Source: Octopus bimaculoides (lineage: Eukaryota). Taken from it: 64,000 bases of DNA. A program made the position numbers and the translations under genes. Shown here in pieces: positions 54,953-64,000 of the stretch. Positions within the stretch are counted from its first letter, which is position 1, and every line of letters begins with the position of its first letter. The DNA lies in contig NC_068996.1 of assembly GCF_001194135.2 (NCBI RefSeq), positions 13,856,049 to 13,920,048 of the forward strand, given 5' to 3'. The notes under the pieces were generated by a model, which did no database searches, was not told the origin of the DNA, and saw nothing but the letters and a program-made list of their open reading frames with translations.

Positions 54953-55303
54953 TGTATGTATATGTATATGTGTATGTGTGTGTGTGCTAGCGTAAGCGCA
55001 GACATGAAACTCGATCTACAACCACGTAACTTCGAGTTTTGTTTTAATGCGAACCATCTTATGGAAGTACCTTCTTATAACAGAATTGTGAAAAACTTTC
55101 AATTCGGCTCTCAACATTTTCTGGGGAATTTTGGAACTTTTTTTATCTAACCACATGGTTCCAGATTCAGTTTAACATTGGGAAAGTGTTTTCTACTACA
55201 AACCCGGGCCGGCCCAAAGTTTCTGAGCGGATTTGGTTGGCGGAATCTGTGTGGAAGCCCGCCGTATTTATATATGTATGCGAGAGTGTGTGTGTGTGGG
55301 GGG

Positions 55304-55335
<32 letters not shown>

Positions 55336-57101
55336 ATGCGTTTGTGTTTGTGCATGTGTGTGTATGCATGTGATTGCCTATGCGTTTGTGAATTTATGGA
55401 TTACGACGTCATAAGTTAGCGGGTCGACAAATAGAAATCTATTGAATAAGTACCAGGTTAAACTATCAAGGTGCTGCCCCAGCATACCCGCAGTTTGTTT
55501 GACTGAAACGAGTAAGAGAAACGAAAAATATCGTTGCTAAACTGTCGTATGTCCAAATTTGGCCAAATGCGTTTTTGTTTTTCGCTATTTAATTTTACTT
55601 GCAATAGCCGGTTATTTTGGTCAAACTATCGTATCTCCAGCTGATTCAGATACCAAGATATGGAAATTGTCAAAATGTAGTACAACGGTTGAGCATTTTG
55701 CAAAAGTCCTTATATTAAACGTTCAGTTTCAGCTATTTCCGTAACCTCTTCAGTATGAACCGCTTGTTCGGCAGATACAGGCCAATCTTCTGTCAACATA
55801 TGTATTCACCATAAACATTTTCCTACAGCATTAGAGTATTTTAGCTCTTATTTCTAGGAATCTTAGTGTCTCGACGCCCTTAGTCGCGTTTAGTGATAAA
55901 TATATTTTTCTTTTCTGGTATCACATTGCGCATGGCTGTTTATATTAATTTTTGCATATACATTAGCGATCCGCCAACTCATGCATAAATTTTTATGGTA
56001 AATACATAAATTGTAAGGTGATACACAAGCACTCGACAACTATTGCATTGTATATTATAGCAGAAACATCTGTAAGCTAAAGAAGTTCACTTCATAATTT
56101 GTAGTTTCCTTGCCATTTTATGTAATATCATTATGTTCTGTACATGACTAACGATGTTCTCTGAAGCATATGTATATTGAATTCTGACATCAGGCTATAA
56201 GTATTGTTATGCCTAAGCGAAATATTGAAGTATGTTTGTATGATTTTTTCTTGAGTTTTAAGCTCTACTTGAAAGAGTTCAAGCCGGTCGCTAACAAAGT
56301 GACGAGCCTTTTTTTAGTTAAGAGAGTTCCCACTATTTTAGATATGTGGTTGAGTTGTGTGTTTGTTGAACTGTGGATGAATACAACCAAATATGTAGAT
56401 ATATTCACATAAGAATCTCAGACAGAGATTTGGAATGTTTTACAAATTTTAATTGTGCCACTAATAGATTGGATTTGAAAATTCGGTATCAGACTCTTTT
56501 TTTTTCTTTTTTTTTTTTGTTATTTTTTCCGTGAAACCGAGTATTTCTATGTTTTTGTACAAATTTGTTGGTACATAACCCAATGCACCTTTGAAGATAG
56601 ATAAAATGAGAATTCATAGCCAGGATACAAAAGCTGTAAGTTCCGCATTACTTCTCCATGTATGTAAGTATGTATGTATGTATGACTATTTTGAAAAATC
56701 TCGAAGTGCACACGTATACCTATAAATAATAGCATGTAAATATTGGATTGAAAAACACTTTTGTAGAGAATGTGTTAAAGATTGAACTCAAATTTTTCTA
56801 TCTAAAATGGTATTTTAATCTAATATTTACATACTGTTATTTATAACTTGATGTATGCAGTTCGAGACCCAGGGCCAACTTCTACGCATCTGGACTGAAC
56901 ACCAGAACACATGGTTAGGAAGCAGTTTTTCTACCACACAGTTCAATATAAACTGACAACTCAACGGTAGAAACGCCCTTCATTATACATGTGTATATGC
57001 GCGCGCACATATGTACATATACACATACGTACCCAAATATATATATACATACACACGCCTACATACACACACATATATGTGCATACATACATACACATAT
57101 A

Positions 57102-57137
<36 letters not shown>

Positions 57138-58159
57138 NNNNNNNNNNNNNNNNNNNNNNNNNNNNNNNNNNNNNNNNNNNNNNNNNNNNNNNNNNNNNNN
57201 NNNNNNNNNNNNNNNNNNNNNNNNNNNNNNNNNNNNNNNNNNNNNNNNNNNNNNNNNNNNNNNNNNNNNNNNNNNNNNNNNNNNNNNNNNNNNNNNNNNN
57301 NNNNNNNNNNNNNNNNNNNNNNNNNNNNNNNNNNNNNNNNNNNNNNNNNNNNNNNNNNNNNNNNNNNNNNNNNNNNNNNNNNNNNNNNNNNNNNNNNNNN
57401 NNNNNNNNNNNNNNNNNNNNNNNNNNNNNNNNNNNNNNNNNNNNNNNNNNNNNNNNNNNNNNNNNNNNNNNNNNNNNNNNNNNNNNNNNNNNNNNNNNNN
57501 NNNNNNNNNNNNNNNNNNNNNNNNNNNNNNNNNNNNNNNNNNNNNNNNNNNNNNNNNNNNNNNNNNNNNNNNNNNNNNNNNNNNNNNNNNNNNNNNNNNN
57601 NNNNNNNNNNNNNNNNNNNNNNNNNNNNNNNNNNNNNNNNNNNNNNNNNNNNNNNNNNNNNNNNNNNNNNNNNNNNNNNNNNNNNNNNNNNNNNNNNNNN
57701 NNNNNNNNNNNNNNNNNNNNNNNNNNNNNNNNNNNNNNNNNNNNNNNNNNNNNNNNNNNNNNNNNNNNNNNNNNNNNNNNNNNNNNNNNNNNNNNNNNNN
57801 NNNNNNNNNNNNNNNNNNNNNNNNNNNNNNNNNNNNNNNNNNNNNNNNNNNNNNNNNNNNNNNNNNNACTAAATCTGTTGTGAAGTTATATTAATTAAAT
57901 ATCTTTTATCTTTTAGTTTTTTTTTATTAATTTAACTGCAGGCGGTCATGCTGGAGTACCGCCTTAATGTTATATTCGAACAAATTGCACCCCAGTTCTT
58001 ACGTTGTTTTTTTTTTTTTTAAGTTTGCTATTTGTTCTAGAGATCTCTTTTGCTGGTGTTAGTTTACGGGGACGTAAAGAAACCAACACGGGATAGTAGG
58101 CGGTGTTGCAGGGCCAACACTCGCGCATGAACACACATGCGCGCGCGCACGCACGCACG

Positions 58160-58190
<31 letters not shown>

Positions 58191-59580
58191 GCATATGCAC
58201 AAACATACACACAGACACACGCACGCACAAACACACACACGGACACACATATACACACACACACACATGACGGTCTTCTTTCAGCTTTCGTCAAACAAAT
58301 CTACTCACAAGGCTTCGCCCGACCTGGAGCTATAGTTGAAGCCCCATGCCCAAGGTGCCACGCAGTGGGTGTGAATCCAAGATCTTGGGTTAATATCTTA
58401 CCGACCGCATACTTGTGAGTGCACCTGATAGCCAGAAACCATAAGAAGGCCATAATGTATATATGTGTATATGTATGCATATATATATATATTCTTTTAT
58501 ACTTTAACTTATTTTAGTCCGGTCTCTCTTTGCCGAACCGCTATGTTAAGGGAGCGTAAACACACCAGCATCGGATGTCAAGCGATGTTGTGAGGTGGGG
58601 GGGAAACACAGACACACAATCCCACACACACAAAAACACACACACTCGCATATATATATATATTCTTTTATACTTTAACTTATTTTAGTCCGGTCTCTCT
58701 TTGCCGAACCGCTATGTTAAGGGAGCGTAAACACACCAGCATCGGATGTCAAGCGATGTTGTGAGGTGGGGGGGAAACACAGACACACAANNNNNNNNNN
58801 NNNNNNNNNNNNNNNNNNNNNNNNNNNNNNNNNNNNNNNNNNNNNNNNNNNNNNNNNNNNNNNNNNNNNNNNNNNNNNNNNNNNNNNNNNNNNNNNNNNN
58901 NNNNNNNNNNNNNNNNNNNNNNNNNNNNNNNNNNNNNNNNNNNNNNNNNNNNNNNNNNNNNNNNNNNNNNNNNNNNNNNNNNNNNNNNNNNNNNNNNNNN
59001 NNNNNATATATATATATATATATACATATATACGACGGGCTTCTTTCAGGCTTTGGGTCGGCCCGAGGCTATAGTAGAAGACACTTGCTCAAGGTGGTAA
59101 TCAGTGGGACTGAACCCGGAACCATGTAGTCAGTAAGCAAGCTACTTACCATACAGCCACTCCTATATATGTGTGTGTATGTGTGAATGCGCGCGCATAT
59201 GTGTACACGGGTGTCTGTGCGTGTGAGCGTGTGTTGGCGCTTGTGTTTGTTTCTCATTGTTCTTTAACAACCGGTGTTGGTTTGTTTCATCCTCATCTGG
59301 TCCATCTGATAATGTTCCTTGGTGTATCCTGAGGCAGAGTAGTAGCACTTTTCAGGGTCCCAGCTGTAGGTTACATAACATGTAACTACCTGAGCTAGGG
59401 TACATCGGTTTGTTTGCGTTTCCCTGGTGTAGCAGTTCAGCAAAAGAGATACATCTAAAATCATTGTATCACAGTGTCGACCATACAATAATCACTTGGC
59501 CACGCGCCACTGTAAGTTTAAAATACAAAAAGCAAATTTAATATTCAAAACGAGTTAAAAATAACTTTTCCGAAACTTAC

Positions 59581-59678
59581 CTCATTTCCGTGAATATTCC
59601 CAATATATTTTATATGAGGTTTTAAAATGCTATGTTTATGGACTGATTCTGAAATCTTGAGAACCAATAGCGGGTTGT
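59581..59678 (-). CDS. CPM: Carboxypeptidase M-like (M14B) exon containing the zinc-binding HGNE motif; most 5' exon found
   Basis: Not in the ORF track; read manually. Acceptor ttttacag, donor gtaagt, 98 nt, phase 1 to 0. Encodes xNPLLVLKISESVHKHSILKPHIKYIGNIHGNE, matching the M14B KYVGNMHGNE motif. Confidence 0.92.
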
Positions 59679-59789
59679 CTGTAAAAGAGGTAAAGAAGCA
59701 GAATAAAGAATGATATCAGTAAAATACTTCACATTGCTCTGAAAATTATATAAACATCATGCATCATCTTTTCTGACTGCTAGTCCTGG

Positions 59790-59990
59790 GAGGACCTGGG
59801 AATGGATTCTTAAGCACCTTCCCCATAGTGCCCTATCAGAAATAACTGTCACTAGACGTTCCGGTAGGGTACCCAAGCGTGTCCAACTGAGAATATGGAT
59901 ATTATCCAACTACTTCGTTCTTCTTGGAGTACCTCTAGGTCTCCAGTCTAGTCACTTGTCTATAGTATTAGAGCTGGAACTTCTCAATAA
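59790..59990 (-). mobile_element. RTE/Expander-like LINE 3' fragment
   Basis: Minus strand reads RPRGTPRR...DNIHILSWTRLG, in the same family as ~46830-46940. Confidence 0.5.
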
Positions 59991-60043
59991 AGAGAGGTAG
60001 CGGTTCAACCTGTGTGCATGTAAATATGATATAAGTGTGTGTG

Positions 60044-60076
<33 letters not shown>

Positions 60077-60359
60077 NNNNNNNNNNNNNNNNNNNNNNNN
60101 NNNNNNNNNNNNNNNNNNNNNNNNNNNNNNNNNNNNNNNNNNNNNTATATATATGTATGTATGTATGTATATTTATAAATGCATATATGTATATTTATAC
60201 GTACACACACACACACATGTATGCATGTATGCATGCATGTGTGCATGTATGTATGTATGCATGTATGTATGTATGTATGCATGTATCCATCCACCGTCGA
60301 ACTTTTTCACCCATTATTCCTGAGATAGTGATAGGCTAGAGCCCTCAGGCTGGAACTTA

Positions 60360-61500
60360 ATTATAGTGTGACTGGACTATCAGAATGCCTTTGATAACAC
60401 ACCACATGGGTGAATTTTCAAGGTTTTACAGTTGGCTGAAATTCCACATCTTCCAGTAACTGCTAATGAAAAGCTGACCAAATTTGGTTCTCCATATTAC
60501 TCCTCAGGAGTGATGGCCTTCACTACCAAAAACGCATCTTTCAGGTTCATAGCCTATCAGTTCTGCTCTTAGTCCTCTAATTAAACCCACTATCATAACT
60601 GTTCACAAAACATAGTTGCCCTAGAAAGTATCTCCCATCTTTTCTTTGTTGACGTCTTGAAACTGTATGGGCCAAATATCAGCCACATGAAAAAACATTG
60701 GACATTTTAACCCAATTTTCTGCAGGCACTGAAATGAAATTTGGTGAGTCTAAATGCGCATTTTTTTTTTACTGTAATGTGCATTTTAACGATAAAATGG
60801 CTTGACTTTACATCCTCAACAGTCAGGTGACAATTATTAGTATCTTGGACAGGGTGAAAATGTCATATTTGATGAGCTCATAAACAAAGAGAGGACCATA
60901 ATGAATACACAGGAATGAATACCTCAGGTGAAGAAAGAAAATATGTTCATCAGAACTCTCAGTTTACAAGTATATTGCCCACAACACCCTTCCAGAGTCT
61001 GCCTTCACGCCTACATTTGGCCAAAAGAATTTGGACAGAATTTGGAAATTAAAACTGCCACTAAATTAGAACAAAATCGTTCGGGTATTGTGTGGGACAA
61101 TAAGAAAAAAATATGTCATGTTGCGGAAATTCACTGCCGTCGAGACGCCAATGTGGTTAGAAAAATACAAGAAAGAGAGAGAGAGAAAGAGATATGCACA
61201 TCTATGGACCACTGATAAGGAGATTACAAATACAGTACCCAAGATACACTTTCAGCTTCATACCCATTATAGTTAGAGCAGTAGGATACATACCAACCGG
61301 TCGGGAGCAAAGTATGGCTGAACTTGGAATCTTGGGGAGAGAACATATATCCTTAATACATACACTACAAATAATCATGATATCTTGGGCGATAAAAATC
61401 TGCAAGGCCTTCTGAAGGTTTAAAGGATGATAAACAAAACAAGATGCTTTTCTTCACAACCTGGCTACCAAGTCGGTGGTCAAAACTTATTCTAAATAAA
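60360..61500 (+). mobile_element. Internally deleted R4/NeSL-type LINE relic (RT plus restriction-like endonuclease)
   Basis: LDYQNAFDNTPH and ISHLFFVDVLKLY (RT motifs), then IKTATKLEQNRSGIVWDNKKKICHVAEIHC and FIPIIVRAVGYIP (PD-(D/E)xK REL region); followed by an (ATAC)n array. Confidence 0.8.
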
Positions 61501-61514
61501 ACGAGGAAGAGAAC

Positions 61515-62320
61515 GAGCAAACAAACAAACAGATATACATACATAATACATACATACATACATGCATACATACATACATACATACATACATAATACATAC
61601 ATACATACATACATACACACATACATACATACATACATAATACATAATACATGCATACATACATACATACATACATACACACATACATACATACATACAT
61701 ACACACATACATACATACATACATAATACATGCATACATACATACATACATACACACACACATACATATATACATACATACACACACACATACATACATA
61801 CATACACGTATACATACATACATACATACATACATACAAACATACATACATACATACNNNNNNNNNNNNNNNNNNNNNNNNNNNNNNNNNNNNNNNNNNN
61901 NNNNNNNNNNNNNNNNNNNNNNNNNNNNNNNNNNNNNNNNNNNNNNNNNNNNNNNNNNNNNNNNNNNNNNNNNNNNNNNNNNNNNNNNNNNNNNNNNNNN
62001 NNNNNNNNNNNNNNNNNNNNNNNNNNNNNNNNNNNNNNNNNNNNNNNNNNNNNNNNNNNNNNNNNNNNNNNNNNNNNNNNNNNNNNNNNNNNNNNNNNNN
62101 NCCATACATACATACATACATAATAAATGCATACATACATACACACATACATACATACATACATACACATATACATACATGCATACATACATACATACAT
62201 ACAAACATACATACAAACATACATACATACATACATACATACATAATACATGCATACATACGTACATACACACATACATACATACATACAAACATACATA
62301 CATACATACATACAAACAAA
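61515..62320. repeat. Large (ATAC)n microsatellite with internal gap
   Basis: Direct reading of the sequence. Confidence 0.95.
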
Positions 62321-62871
62321 CAAAAATGCCCTGTTGTTGATGTTGAAATTCCAATGAAGGAACCTTGGATCTATATTAGAAACCGGTTCCTTCTCTATTG
62401 GCAAGAAATCTTGAAATAAACTGAATAATGACATACATATATACATAATGGCTGGCAACTCGTAGACGAGTATGACGATCAAAGACAAATTATTTTATCC
62501 TAGATGTTAAAGACAATGGCAGTTAGCAAAGTCCAAATCAATAATAGCTTGCAGAACAATGCTAAGGCTCATTCCTAAAAGCGGACAGTGTAGAAACAAG
62601 CAAGAGCAAGCTCCCTGGCTTCACAATGAAGCGGGGATTGCTTCGAAATTTCCATCGCTTAGAGAGATGTCTAAATAAAGGTTAAGGTCTCTTACTTGAC
62701 GCCTCTTTGATGGGTTTTGTTTTGTTTTTTGTTTTATAGAGCGTAAACCACAAACCTACCAAGCAGACTTGGCAACTCGATTTAGTTGCCGACAAACCTA
62801 TTTATTCGCCGGCAGCCCGCTTTAGTCACCCACAAACTGTCCATGCGGCAGATTGTACTGGGTTACATATA

Positions 62872-62983
<112 letters not shown>

Positions 62984-63519
62984 TAGAAAGTGACTGTGTG
63001 TGTGAGAGAGAGAGAAAGTGTTGGAAACCAAACTAAGTTATGCGAAAGAAAAACACTCCACATTCCTTGAATATTATAAAAATGATTGCTGACGTCCTAA
63101 GAATTTATAAATATTTTACCGTTCCAGATATCGTGATCATTTATAATGTGTGAACTAAATACATACATACATACATACATACATACATACATACATACAT
63201 ACACACATACATACATACATACATACATACATACATACATACATACATAGGGAGGGAGACCGTGTGAGAAAAGTATGTTTATAAAAACAACTTCATAAGA
63301 AAATATAAACTTTGGTGAGAGTAGGGAGTAATTCTTTTTTAGAATAGTAGCTCTCGGAGCACATATAACACTATAAATAACATAGAAGGTAAATATTTGG
63401 TTCAAAAACCCTTTTGGACCGAATCAAATCAAACTCTGTCCATGGTTTATGACCCCACATTTCCTGTAAACACTACACACGTTCTACCAATGGGCCAGAA
63501 TTTCAGAATTTCAGAAACC

Positions 63520-63665
63520 TCAGAGTTACTACATTATTTACATTATTTACATTCGATGGATATTTGTCATAATCTTGTTTGTTGTTAACACAACATTTCG
63601 GCTGATATACTCTCCAGCCATCATCAGGTATCTTGGGGAAATTTAAAACCTGGGTTCTCATTCCT
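63520..63665 (-). mobile_element. Penelope-like terminal-repeat fragment with a hammerhead-like motif
   Basis: Minus strand reads cctgatgatggctggagagtatatcagccgaaatgttg, followed by (aataatgta) repeats. Confidence 0.55.
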
Positions 63666-63786
63666 AAGGTATTTTTTAAAGTCTTTTTTGCCTTTCATCC
63701 TTTCGGGGTTGAAGTAAGTACCAGTGAAACACTGGGGTCAATGTAATCCCCCAAATTTTCAGGGCCTTGTGCCTAGAGTAGAAAGA

Positions 63787-63840
<54 letters not shown>

Positions 63841-63841
63841 G

Positions 63842-64000
63842 TTCAGTAGTTTTATTTTTATAACGTGCTTTCACTTCACTACCGAGCGCAGCTCTGTGCG
63901 CCTTGGGTATGTGCTGTGGTTTGCTGTGGTGCTCTTATGGTTACTGTATTGAAAGTGTTTTGCGTAGGATGTGTGCTGTGCCCAGTAGTGCAATTTTCTG
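63842..64000 (-). mobile_element. R4/Dong-like LINE 3' end with (AAT)n tail
   Basis: Minus strand reads QKIALLGTAHILRKTLSIQ-stop, then a 3' UTR, then (AAT)n. Confidence 0.75.

Noticed and set aside
58478-58790. Exact ~140-bp direct duplication (period 172 bp)
   Set aside because: The copies are identical and the second ends at an N-gap, so a contig-end assembly artefact is most likely. Long reads would decide.

Overview
AT-rich animal genomic DNA packed with microsatellites and N-gaps. The SINE, LINE and microsatellite repertoire resembles octopus/cephalopod genomes (inference). One protein-coding gene crosses almost the whole window on the minus strand: an M14B (N/E-type) zinc metallocarboxypeptidase most similar to carboxypeptidase M. 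Seven internal exons (59678-59581, 49108-48936, 42801-42620, 36875-36708, 29193-29044, 10942-10800, 8251-8122) have GT-AG boundaries and splice in frame (1044 nt). They retain HGNE, DLNRNF, FHGG, WY..GGMQD and the catalytic Glu, plus a transthyretin-like domain. The 5' exon(s) were not found in the window and the last exon is uncertain. The introns hold decayed mariner, MITE, RTE, R4-like and Penelope elements and at least three tRNA-derived SINE families. The most notable observations are hammerhead-ribozyme motifs, a near-perfect foldback hairpin 10 nt from a splice donor, inverted minisatellites bracketing one exon, a ~2.3-kb imperfect palindrome, and a TSD-flanked dimeric SINE. I found no convincing new multi-gene system. 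Repeat boundaries and identities are by-eye estimates.
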